This document shows, one piece after another, positions 18,313 to 27,308 of a DNA stretch of 64,000 bases (positions within the stretch are counted from its first letter, which is position 1; each line of letters begins with the position of its first letter). The notes beneath the pieces are model-generated. The model worked only from the letters and a program-made list of their open reading frames with translations, was not told the origin of the DNA and ran no database searches. The stretch comes from Thermoplasmata archaeon (GTDB lineage Archaea; Thermoplasmatota; Thermoplasmata; Lutacidiplasmatales; UBA184). The stretch covers positions 32,565 to 96,564 of the forward strand of contig JAKBSJ010000003.1 of the NCBI GenBank assembly GCA_021844945.1, read 5' to 3'. A program made the position numbers and the translations under genes.

Positions 18313-19095
18313 TTGGCAGCCGAAGGCGTCCGCAAAGAGCCGAAGTCCGCCGATAACCCGATCCTCTGGGTGGCCCGACCCATGGCCACCGCAGCGCGGC
18401 AATTCGGCAAGAGCCTGATCCGGCCCTCCACGATCGTCTACCCGTTCGAGCGGCTCGAGGACCCCCAGTTCCGCGAAGAGGTAGCGGTCGCCGCCGGCAA
18501 GCCGATCGGGGTCGGCGCGGTCTGGGACAACTACCGCGGGGTCCACGCGCTGAACGTCGCGACCTGCATCTCCTGCAACCTGTGCGCGTTCAGTTGCCCG
18601 GACCTGTGTATCGACATGGTCACCGTGCCGGGCGGGGACCCGAAGCACCCGAAGAAGTGCCCGGAGATCGACTACGGGAAGTGCAGTTACTGCGGCTTCT
18701 GCTCGGACGCCTGCCCCGAGGGCTGCCTCACGATGACGACCCGCTACGAGCTCTCGACGGCCAAACGCTCCGAGATGGTCTACTCCCCCGCGAAGCTCTA
18801 CGAGGTCTTCCAGCGCAAGCTCCCCATGAATCCCGTGCGGATCGAACTACCCGAGAATGAGGATGCCATCCTCTTGGACCCGCCGTTGTGCATTGGCTGC
18901 AACGCGTGCTCTCGCGATTGCCCTACGCAGTGCATCACGATGATCGACATCCCGAAGGTCGGGCCGAAACCGGGGGAGAAGCCGGCGAAGCGCATCTGGA
19001 AGGAGCCGGTCATCAACGATTCCGACTGCGTTCGATGCGGCACGTGTATCAGCGTCTGTCCGAAGGAATGTCTGTTCTGGGGGAGTAGGACGTGA
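18313..19095 (+). CDS. nuoI: NADH-quinone oxidoreductase subunit I, extended 260-aa form with four CxxCxxCxxxCP motifs
   Basis: It has four ferredoxin-type motifs: CISCNLCAFSCP, CSYCGFCSDACP, CIGCNACSRDCP and CVRCGTCISVCP. The start is TTG. Confidence 0.85.
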   Translation: MAAEGVRKEPKSADNPILWVARPMATAARQFGKSLIRPSTIVYPFERLEDPQFREEVAVAAGKPIGVGAVWDNYRGVHALNVATCISCNLCAFSCPDLCIDMVTVPGGDPKHPKKCPEIDYGKCSYCGFCSDACPEGCLTMTTRYELSTAKRSEMVYSPAKLYEVFQRKLPMNPVRIELPENEDAILLDPPLCIGCNACSRDCPTQCITMIDIPKVGPKPGEKPAKRIWKEPVINDSDCVRCGTCISVCPKECLFWGSRT

Positions 19096-19580
19096 GCCTC
19101 GAGGAACTCGCGTTCCTCGTGCTCGCGCTCGTCGCGGTGGCGACGGCGCTGCTCGCCCTCTTCGTCCGCGAACTCGTACACACGATCCTATGGATCGGCG
19201 TCTTCTTCGTCGACCTCTCGGCGATCTACTTCTTGATCGACGCCCCCTTCCTCGGCGTGCTCCAGCTCGGCGTCTATGCGGGGGCGGTGACGATCCTGCT
19301 CCTCTTCGGGATCATGGTCACGCGCAAGCGGATCTTCTCCCGCGAAGCGATCACCGGTATCGGCGCCCTTCCGGCCGCGCTTGCGGTCGCGACGTTCGTG
19401 TTTCTCGCACTGGTCGTCGGGGAGTTTCCCAGCGGCGAGCAGGCGATCACATCCTACGGCGTGACCGATCTCAGCCATGCGCTGTTCAGCCAATTCGGCG
19501 TCTATCTTCTGCTGCTCGGCCTCGTGATGCTCGGTGCTCTCGCCGGCGCGATCTATCTTGTTCGGGAGGGACGCGAGTGA
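19092..19580 (+). CDS. nuoJ: NADH-quinone oxidoreductase subunit J
   Basis: It is a hydrophobic, ND6-like 162-aa protein with a GTG start overlapping the nuoI stop. Confidence 0.8.
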   Translation: MSLEELAFLVLALVAVATALLALFVRELVHTILWIGVFFVDLSAIYFLIDAPFLGVLQLGVYAGAVTILLLFGIMVTRKRIFSREAITGIGALPAALAVATFVFLALVVGEFPSGEQAITSYGVTDLSHALFSQFGVYLLLLGLVMLGALAGAIYLVREGRE

Positions 19581-19903
19581 CGACTCTTTCGATCGACGGC
19601 TTCATCGGCCTCTCGATCGCGCTGCTCGCGATCTCGATCTTCGGGATCCTCACGCGCCGGAACTTCATCCTGCTCCTGATCTCGGTCGAGATCGGGATGA
19701 ACGCCGCCATCCTCAACTTCCTCTTCTTCGCGGCCTTCCCGAACCGGAGCCCGTTCTTCGACGGGCTTCAGGGACAGTCGATTGCGATCGTTCTCGTGGG
19801 CCTCGCGGCGACCGAGGTCGCGGTGGGGCTCGCGATCGTGCTCGCATTGAACCGATTGAAAGGAACCATCAACGTCGCCGAGGCGTCGAGCCTCCGGGAA
19901 TAG
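19577..19903 (+). CDS. nuoK: NADH-quinone oxidoreductase subunit K
   Basis: It is about 108 aa and ND4L-like (LLLISVEIGMNAAILNF, with the conserved Glu). A GTG at 19577 overlaps the nuoJ stop (GTGA). The gene is absent as a separate ORF in the track; it sits in the tail of the 19190-19903 frame. Confidence 0.75.
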   Translation: MTTLSIDGFIGLSIALLAISIFGILTRRNFILLLISVEIGMNAAILNFLFFAAFPNRSPFFDGLQGQSIAIVLVGLAATEVAVGLAIVLALNRLKGTINVAEASSLRE

Positions 19904-19916
19904 GAGGAGGAACCGA

Positions 19917-21932
19917 TTGGATTTCTGGACCGAACTGGATCAATGGGCACTTCTCGTCCCGTTGTTCCCCGCGCTGGCCTTCGTGATCATCGGCTCGCTC
20001 GGCGAGCGGCTGAAGCGGTTCGAGCACGGTGGCTGGGTCGCGGTCGTCTTCGCGGGCCTCTCGATGGTCCTGGGCTTCCTGATCGCGATCGGCGAGATGC
20101 TCGGCCCGGGCACCTACGTCGACGTCCACACCACGTGGTTCTCAATCCCCGCGAGCACCGGGTTCCCGAAGGGGTTCTCCCTCGTCATGGGAACGCTGGT
20201 CGATCCGATCTCGGCGTTGATGCTCATCGTCGTCACCCTCGTCGGGTTCGTCGTCATGCTGTACTCGATCGGGTACATGCACCGGGACACCGGACTCCCG
20301 CGCTACTACGCGATCCTCTCTCTGTTCCTGACCGCGATGCTCGGCGTGGTCCTCGCGGACAACCTCCTGATGTTCTTCCTCTTCTGGGAGCTGGTCGGTG
20401 TCTGTTCCTACTTCCTCATTGGCTTCTATTACGCGAAGCCGAGCGCCGCGAGCGCGGCGAAGCAGGCGTTCATCGTCACCCGCGTCGGCGATGTCCTCTT
20501 CCTCGCAGGAATTTTCATTTACTTCTCGATCTACGCGGCGGCGGACCCCACCTGGGCCGCGAGCGGCTTCCTGTTCACGAACGGCAACTCGGCGTTTCTG
20601 AACCTCGGTGTGGGCGTCAACTCGAACCTGCTGACGCTCGCGGGGCTCTTCCTGCTCGCCGGGGCTGCCGGCAAGAGCGCTCAGTTCCCCCTCGATTCCT
20701 GGTTGCCGGACGCGATGGAGGGCCCGACGACCGTCAGTGCCCTCATTCACGCCGCGACGATGGTCGCCGCTGGCGTCTATCTCCTGGTCATCGGGAGCCT
20801 CTTCCTCGGTTTCACTTCGATCGATGACTTTGCCATCGTCGCAATCGGCGGCTTCACCACCATCTGGGCCGCATCGATGGCCTGCACCCACACGGACATC
20901 AAACGCGTAATCGCCTACTCGACGGTCAGTCAGTTAGGATACATGGTCCTCGCCGTGGGAGCCGGCTTCGCGATGGTGGGCCTGTTCCATCTGTACACTC
21001 AGGCGATGTTCAAGGCCCTGCTCTTCCTCGCCGCGGGGTCGGTGATCCACGCCGTCACGACGCAGGATCTGTTCAAGATGGGAGGCCTGCGCAAGAAGAT
21101 GCGGTACACCGCCTTCGCGTTCCTCGCGGGCGCGTTCGCGTTATCCGGGATACCCCCGTTCGCGGGGTACTGGAGCAAGGACGACATCCTCTCTTCGCTC
21201 TACGGCCAGCTGGCGACGCACCCGGAGTACTGGCCGTTCTACCTGATGGCCCTCGCGACCGTCTTCCTGACGAGCTACTACATCTTCCGCGCCTACTTCC
21301 TCGCCTTCGAGGGACCGACGTCGCGCGAGCCGGGGCTGGCCGATCACGCCCACGAGTCTCCGTGGGTGATGCGCGTCCCGATGCTGATCCTCTCGGGGAT
21401 GGCCATCGTCGGGGGCATGTTCGTCTTTATCCCCGGATTCGCGAGCCTGTTCGATCCGGCGCTCACGAGCGCCGCGTTCCCGGTGACCCTCCCGCTCAAC
21501 ATCCCCCCGAGCTACCCGCTGATCGACATCGAGCTATCGGCGATTTCCGTGGTCCTCGCCGTGCTCGGGATCCTCGTCGCGTGGCGACTTTGGGGGAACG
21601 GACGGATCGCGCCTCTGCCGAGATCCCGGCCGGCCCGGGCCATGCACCACCTTCTCGCCGAGCGCTACTACATGAAGCGAGCCTACGATTGGATTGCCGC
21701 GACCGGCGCCTACACCGTCGCGCGTGGCGCGGACTTCGTCGACCGGTTCGTTATCGATGGGACCGTGCGGGGCTTCGAGCGCACCTTTGCCGGCCTCTCG
21801 CAGCGCATGCGAAAGATCCAAACCGGGGTCGTCTCGGACTATGCGGCCTACGTCATCGCGGGCTTGATCGCGCTGTTCGTGATCGTGCTGTTCGTCGCCC
21901 CATGGCTGGTCTCGAAACTGGGAGGGGGCTAG
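19917..21932 (+). CDS. nuoL: NADH-quinone oxidoreductase subunit L (antiporter-like)
   Basis: It is 671 aa, ND5-like. The WLPDAMEGPTTVSALIHAATMVAAGVYLL motif and a C-terminal long horizontal-helix region are present. The start is TTG. Confidence 0.9.
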   Translation: MDFWTELDQWALLVPLFPALAFVIIGSLGERLKRFEHGGWVAVVFAGLSMVLGFLIAIGEMLGPGTYVDVHTTWFSIPASTGFPKGFSLVMGTLVDPISALMLIVVTLVGFVVMLYSIGYMHRDTGLPRYYAILSLFLTAMLGVVLADNLLMFFLFWELVGVCSYFLIGFYYAKPSAASAAKQAFIVTRVGDVLFLAGIFIYFSIYAAADPTWAASGFLFTNGNSAFLNLGVGVNSNLLTLAGLFLLAGAAGKSAQFPLDSWLPDAMEGPTTVSALIHAATMVAAGVYLLVIGSLFLGFTSIDDFAIVAIGGFTTIWAASMACTHTDIKRVIAYSTVSQLGYMVLAVGAGFAMVGLFHLYTQAMFKALLFLAAGSVIHAVTTQDLFKMGGLRKKMRYTAFAFLAGAFALSGIPPFAGYWSKDDILSSLYGQLATHPEYWPFYLMALATVFLTSYYIFRAYFLAFEGPTSREPGLADHAHESPWVMRVPMLILSGMAIVGGMFVFIPGFASLFDPALTSAAFPVTLPLNIPPSYPLIDIELSAISVVLAVLGILVAWRLWGNGRIAPLPRSRPARAMHHLLAERYYMKRAYDWIAATGAYTVARGADFVDRFVIDGTVRGFERTFAGLSQRMRKIQTGVVSDYAAYVIAGLIALFVIVLFVAPWLVSKLGGG

Positions 21933-21936
21933 GCCG

Positions 21937-23406
21937 ATGAGCGTACCGCTGATCAGCATCACGCTCGCATCACTCGCCGTAGGAACGGTCGCGACGTTCC
22001 TCGCCGGCCGCTATGCGCGCTGGGTCGCGCTCGGAACGTCGCTCCTCTTCCTCCTCGAGATCGGACTGATGTTCTGGGGCTATTCGTGGCCGGGGTTGCT
22101 GAATGGGATCCCCCAGTTCGCCTTCTACGAATCGCACGCGTGGATCTCGATCGGTTGGCTGAACATCAACTACACCGTCGGGGTCGACGGGATCTCGCTG
22201 GTGATGATCCTCCTGACGGGGATCCTCCAGATCGCGACCGTGATCTACACGTGGAACGAGCGGAACCGGCCCGGGGCATGGTTCGGCCTCGTGCTGCTCA
22301 CGTGCCTCGGATGCTTCGGAGTGTTCGTCGCGCTCGACATCCTGTTCTTCTTCCTATTCTGGGAGGCCGTCCTCGTGCCGATGTTCTTCATCATCGGCTA
22401 CTGGGGTGGCCCGAACCGACGCTACGCTGCGATCAAATTTTTCGTGTACACCCACGTCGCGAGCATCGTGATGCTCGTGGGGCTCTTGGCCCTCGCTTTC
22501 TACTCTCACGCCGCTTCGCTCGACTTCGCCGCGGTGTACGCGGCGGAGCCGGCGCTGACGGGCGTCGTTCCGGCGTTCCTGTTCCTGGCGCTTTTCTTCG
22601 GTTTCGGCGTCAAGTTCCCGATCGTTCCGTTCCATACGTGGCTGCCCGACGCGCATGTCGAGGCCCCGACCGGCGGATCTGTGCTGCTCGCGGGACTGCT
22701 GCTCAAACTCGGAGCGTACGGGCTGATCCGGTGGGGCGTGGAGGTGATCCCGAACGGCTTCCACACGGACACGCCGCTGCTGCTCATCATCGCGTTCATC
22801 TCGATCATCTGGGGCTCGGTCCTCTCGCTCAGCCAGCGGGATCTGAAGCGGATGGTCGCCTACTCGTCGATCAATCACATGGGCATTGTCCTGCTCGCGA
22901 TCGCGCTCAACAGCGAGCTCGGGCTCGTGGCCGCGCTGTTCCTGATGTTCGCCCACGGTATCGTAAGCGCGCTTCTCTTCATGACCGCGGGGAGCACGCA
23001 CGACATCTACGGGACGCGCGACATCCCCAGCCTCGGAGGGACTGCGAGCGCCACGCCCCGCTTAGCGACGGCGATCATGATCGGGAGTCTGGCCTCTTTG
23101 GGTCTTCCGGCGCTGATCAGCTTCCCGGCCGAATTCACCGCGCTGCTCGCCACCTGGCAGGCGATCACGTACTGGGTCCTGATCCCGCTGATCGTCCTCG
23201 TCGTGACCGCCGGATTCTACATCTGGATGATGCAACGCGTCCTGTTCGGTCCCCCGAAAGGAATCCCGAACCCGGTCCACGATCTCCCGACCCTCGAGGT
23301 GATCGCGATGGGGATCCTCCTCGCTTTCACGGTCCTGTTCGGGGTTTTGCCGAACCTGCTCGTCCATTGGATCGTGATGTCGCCGGTCGGAGTGTGGCCG
23401 CTGTGA
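21937..23406 (+). CDS. nuoM: NADH-quinone oxidoreductase subunit M (antiporter-like)
   Basis: It is 489 aa, ND4-like, with WLPDAHVEAPTGGSVLLAGLLLKLGAYGLIR. Confidence 0.9.
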   Translation: MSVPLISITLASLAVGTVATFLAGRYARWVALGTSLLFLLEIGLMFWGYSWPGLLNGIPQFAFYESHAWISIGWLNINYTVGVDGISLVMILLTGILQIATVIYTWNERNRPGAWFGLVLLTCLGCFGVFVALDILFFFLFWEAVLVPMFFIIGYWGGPNRRYAAIKFFVYTHVASIVMLVGLLALAFYSHAASLDFAAVYAAEPALTGVVPAFLFLALFFGFGVKFPIVPFHTWLPDAHVEAPTGGSVLLAGLLLKLGAYGLIRWGVEVIPNGFHTDTPLLLIIAFISIIWGSVLSLSQRDLKRMVAYSSINHMGIVLLAIALNSELGLVAALFLMFAHGIVSALLFMTAGSTHDIYGTRDIPSLGGTASATPRLATAIMIGSLASLGLPALISFPAEFTALLATWQAITYWVLIPLIVLVVTAGFYIWMMQRVLFGPPKGIPNPVHDLPTLEVIAMGILLAFTVLFGVLPNLLVHWIVMSPVGVWPL

Positions 23407-23419
23407 TCGGAGGTACTCG

Positions 23420-25072
23420 ATGTCCCTGATCGCCACGGGGCTGGACTTCCTCCCGGAGATCCTGCTGCTCGCCGGTGCGTTGCTCGTCTTCCTGATGGAC
23501 GCGGTGGGGATCCGGCGGATCGAGGTCGTCGGATCGATCGCGGTCGGCGCGATCCTCTTCGCGATGCTCCTCGTCTTCGCCGACCTCGGGTTCGCCCCGG
23601 TCGCCTTCCTCGCGACGATCCCGCGGAGCCAGATCGACATCGTCCCGGCCGTGGGATCCACGCCACTGTACTGGTTCACGAGCCTCGGGCTCTTCTTCCA
23701 GGTCTTCTTCCTAATCGCGGCGTTCCTCGTCGCGCTCGCCTCGATGAGCCGGCCCTCGCGCGAGCGGGGCGCGGCGGTGTTCTACGGCATGATACTGCTC
23801 GCGACGCTCGGCATGATGCTGGTCGCGGTCGCGAGCGATCTCATCTTCCTGCTGATCGCGATCGAGGTCGTCAGCATCCCCTCCTACCTCCTGGTCGCGT
23901 ACACTCGGCGCGACGCTCGCTCGATGGAGGCGGCGATGAAGTTCTTCATCGTCGGAGCGCTGTCGACCGTCCTCTCGTTCTTTGGCGCCTCCTTCCTATA
24001 CGGCGCATACGGCACGACGAACCTCTTCGTCCTTGCGTCGGGCAGCGCCATCAGCAACGGGGCGTTCGGGGGCGGAGGCTTCCCGCTCCTGGTCGTGATC
24101 GGCTACTGCCTATTGATCGCGGGCCTCGCGTTCAAGATCACGCTCGTTCCGTTCCACGCGTGGGCGGTCGATGTCTACGACGGAGCCCCGGACGACGTCT
24201 CGGCGTTCTTAGCCGGCGGAACGAAGAAGATCGGCCTCTTCGCGTTCTTCCTCGTCTTTCTGGGACCGGTTCTCCTGGTCCGAGGGACGGTCGAGTTCCA
24301 GTGGTTCGGCGGCATCGGAGCGGTAGCCCTCGGCCCGGTTCTCCAGGTCGTGCTGAGCATCCTCGCGGTCGTGACGATGACCGTGGGCAACGTGCTCGCC
24401 CTGATGCAGAAGAGCATGAAACGGATGCTCGCCTATTCGTCGATCAGCCAGGCCGGATATATGTTCATCGGGATCGCGATCGGCACGGCGCCGGCGCTCA
24501 CCGGAGCGAGCCTCCAGGTCTTCGCGCACGTCTTCATGAAGACTGGAGCTTTCCTCGTCGTCGCAGCCGCCGCCGGGCTCGGGGTCGGGCCGCTTATCGC
24601 CGATTGGCGCGGGATGGGACAGAGGCACCCCTGGCTGAGCGTGGCGTTCGCCCTCATGCTCCTGAGCCTCGCGGGCGTCCCACTGACGATCGGTTTCTTG
24701 TCAAAGTTCGTCCTCTTCAGCGCGGCGATCGAAGCGCAGGGGTACTTCGTCTGGCTCGCGGTGGCCGGACTCCTGAACAGCGCCCTCAGCGTCTTCTACT
24801 ACGGGCGGGTCCTGAAGGTAATGTACTTCGATGCGCCCGAGAGGGGACCCGTCATACCGACTTCTACGGAGGCGAGCGTCCCGTCCCCCGGCGCTCCGAA
24901 CGGACGGGGGGCCGTTTCCGCCATCGGACTCGGCGCCGGTGGCATCGGCTACGCTCGTGCCACGACCATCGCCCTCATCGCGATCGTGATCGTAGCCCTT
25001 GGAGTGTATCCGGGCCCGCTTCTCCAGCCTCTCGCGGCCGCCGCTCAGCATTTCGTCAACCTCGCGTTCTAG
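23420..25072 (+). CDS. nuoN: NADH-quinone oxidoreductase subunit N (antiporter-like)
   Basis: It is 550 aa, ND2-like, with FHAWAVDVYDGAPDDVSAFLAGGTKKIGLFAF. Confidence 0.9.
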   Translation: MSLIATGLDFLPEILLLAGALLVFLMDAVGIRRIEVVGSIAVGAILFAMLLVFADLGFAPVAFLATIPRSQIDIVPAVGSTPLYWFTSLGLFFQVFFLIAAFLVALASMSRPSRERGAAVFYGMILLATLGMMLVAVASDLIFLLIAIEVVSIPSYLLVAYTRRDARSMEAAMKFFIVGALSTVLSFFGASFLYGAYGTTNLFVLASGSAISNGAFGGGGFPLLVVIGYCLLIAGLAFKITLVPFHAWAVDVYDGAPDDVSAFLAGGTKKIGLFAFFLVFLGPVLLVRGTVEFQWFGGIGAVALGPVLQVVLSILAVVTMTVGNVLALMQKSMKRMLAYSSISQAGYMFIGIAIGTAPALTGASLQVFAHVFMKTGAFLVVAAAAGLGVGPLIADWRGMGQRHPWLSVAFALMLLSLAGVPLTIGFLSKFVLFSAAIEAQGYFVWLAVAGLLNSALSVFYYGRVLKVMYFDAPERGPVIPTSTEASVPSPGAPNGRGAVSAIGLGAGGIGYARATTIALIAIVIVALGVYPGPLLQPLAAAAQHFVNLAF

Positions 25073-25081
25073 GGGGCACCG

Positions 25082-26182
25082 ATGGAACGCTACGACGTCG
25101 TGGTCGTAGGCGCGGGACCCGCGGGCTCGTGCGCGGCACGGGCGGCCGCCGGGTCCGGTGCGCGTACTCTCTTCGTGGACCGACGTCCCGAGCTCGGCCA
25201 TCCGGTCCAGTGCGGGGAGTTCCTGCCGACCCCGGAAGAGCTCGGGGACATCTTCGACGCGCCACAGCTCATCCACCGGGGATTCGAGGTCCCCAAGGAG
25301 TCGATCCTGCGTGCGACGCGTGCGATGGTCTGTGTCTCCCCCTTCGGCCATCGCTTTCGGTTCCCGCTGTCGGGCTACACGGTCTCCCGTCGCGCGTTCG
25401 ATAAGGCGCTTGCCTACCGCGCGGAGTCGGAGGGAGCCGAGCTGCGCCATCCGGTCGGGGTCACAGGGGTCGACGGCGCGACGGTGCGTTTCGCGAACGG
25501 TACCCGGGTGGAGGCCGGGGTGATCGTAGCCGCGGACGGCCCTCTCAGCACCGTCGGCCGCTCTCTCGGGTATGCTCCCCCGCGAGAGATGTTCCGGATG
25601 ATCACCGCAACGGTCGATTCTGTCTTCGAGGATGAGATCGAGCTCTTCTTCGGCCGGGTCGCCCCCGGCGGCTACGCATGGGCATTTCCGCGTGCGGACG
25701 ACCTCAACGTGGGCCTCGGGATCGACTCTCGCTCATCAGGGCTCGGCCTCGACCGCCTCCTGGATAAGTTTGTCCGCAGCGCCGATCTCGCCCCAGCGCA
25801 CGACCGCACGCGCTGGTGGGTCCCGATCGGGCCACCACCCGAGCGCCTGAGCGCCGGACGGATCCTCTTCGCAGGAGATGCCGCGAACCTCGTCATGGCG
25901 ACGAACGGGGGGGGAATCCCGACCGCCATGCTCAGCGGCTGGCTCGCGGGGGAGGCGGCCGCCGCCCACGTACGGCAGGGAACCCCGCTGTCCGAGTATG
26001 ATCGCGCGGTCACCGAGGCGATGGCGGTCCCGCTCGCCCGGGCATACCGGATCCAACGGGCCACCGAGCGGGTTGCCCGCTCCAACGTCGTATTGGCGCT
26101 GGGAATGCGCTATATTGGCGCGGCCGGTCTCGACGAGGTGATGCGCCTGCGCTGGCCGGCGCGTCTCGGAAGGAACTCATGA
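25082..26182 (+). CDS. Geranylgeranyl reductase-family FAD-dependent oxidoreductase
   Basis: YDVVVVGAGPAGSCAA is the FAD-binding motif. LFAGDAANLVMATNGGGI is typical of the GGR family. It lies immediately after nuoN. Confidence 0.85.
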   Translation: MERYDVVVVGAGPAGSCAARAAAGSGARTLFVDRRPELGHPVQCGEFLPTPEELGDIFDAPQLIHRGFEVPKESILRATRAMVCVSPFGHRFRFPLSGYTVSRRAFDKALAYRAESEGAELRHPVGVTGVDGATVRFANGTRVEAGVIVAADGPLSTVGRSLGYAPPREMFRMITATVDSVFEDEIELFFGRVAPGGYAWAFPRADDLNVGLGIDSRSSGLGLDRLLDKFVRSADLAPAHDRTRWWVPIGPPPERLSAGRILFAGDAANLVMATNGGGIPTAMLSGWLAGEAAAAHVRQGTPLSEYDRAVTEAMAVPLARAYRIQRATERVARSNVVLALGMRYIGAAGLDEVMRLRWPARLGRNS

Positions 26183-27234
26183 GCAGCTCTCCGCCCGGGG
26201 ACGGAGCCGAAGCGTCGTTCGAGTCGCTGGTCGCGCAGTCCATCGGAAACGAACCGCTCGGCCGGCTGACCGACCTCCTGCCGGTGCTGGGCCGGGATCT
26301 CTCGGAGATCGATTGGCGCATCCAGGAGATCCTCGGCGCCCGCTACGCGACACTGTCGGAGTCGGCCCAGTACGCGACCCAGATGGGCGGTAAGCGGGTT
26401 CGACCGCTCCTGATGTCCGCCTACTACCGCGCGCTGGGCGCGAGCTCGACCGAGCGAATCCACGCCCTCGCCGCTGCCTTCCAGCTGATCCACACTGCGA
26501 GCCTCGTGCACGACGACGTCATCGACCACTCCGACACCCGCCGCGGCCGGCCGTCCATGCCGCGGGCCTACGGAGTTCCCTTGTCGATCGTGACCGGGGA
26601 CTACCTCTTCGTGCGCGCGTTCGAGCTGGCGGCGGAGTATCCCCGGTCGGTCATCCTGAGGTGCGGGGAGTCCTGCGCGGACCTCGTCGAGGGCGAGGTA
26701 CTCCAGGAAGCCGGTCGCTTCGAGCTCTCCGTAGGGAAGGAGCACTACTTCCGGGTCGTGGAGCGCAAGACCGCCGCGATCGTCGCCGCCGCGCTCGCCT
26801 CATGCGCCGAACTCATGGGGCTGGACGCCGAGGGGATCGAGGCTGCGACGACCTTCGGCGCCTCGCTCGGCATCACCTTCCAGATCCGCGACGACATGCT
26901 CGACGTGTTCGGCGACCCCGACCTGATGGGCAAACCCCTGTACGCGGACTTCCGGGAGGGGAATCCCACGCTCGTCTCGCTCGAGACCTACGCCCGGCTC
27001 GACGGAAAACGCCAAGCTGAGTTCGAGCGGATGTTCCAGCTCCGCCGCAAGGGAGCGCGTCACCTACTCCGCATGCGCGAGCTTGCCGAGGAGGCCGGTG
27101 CCGAAGCGGTCGTAGGCGAACAGGCGCTCTGGTGGGCCGAGCGCGCCGTCCGGGCCCTCGATAGTTTGCCCGAGGGCCCGTACCGTGCCTTGCTCGAGCG
27201 GATCGCTCGGACCGTTGCTGGGCGCCGCGCGTGA
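26179..27234 (+). CDS. trans-Polyprenyl diphosphate synthase (isoprenoid-quinone side-chain type)
   Basis: The first DDxxD motif is LVHDDVIDHSDTRRGRPS and the second is FQIRDDMLDVFGD. It is coupled to the upstream GGR gene. Confidence 0.85.
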   Translation: MSSSPPGDGAEASFESLVAQSIGNEPLGRLTDLLPVLGRDLSEIDWRIQEILGARYATLSESAQYATQMGGKRVRPLLMSAYYRALGASSTERIHALAAAFQLIHTASLVHDDVIDHSDTRRGRPSMPRAYGVPLSIVTGDYLFVRAFELAAEYPRSVILRCGESCADLVEGEVLQEAGRFELSVGKEHYFRVVERKTAAIVAAALASCAELMGLDAEGIEAATTFGASLGITFQIRDDMLDVFGDPDLMGKPLYADFREGNPTLVSLETYARLDGKRQAEFERMFQLRRKGARHLLRMRELAEEAGAEAVVGEQALWWAERAVRALDSLPEGPYRALLERIARTVAGRRA

Positions 27235-27308
27235 GGAGTCGGCGCCCCCGGGCCTCGAGGCACCGGCTCCGGGGGGCGGGACGGAGGGTGGGGACCTCGA
27301 CCCGGGCC

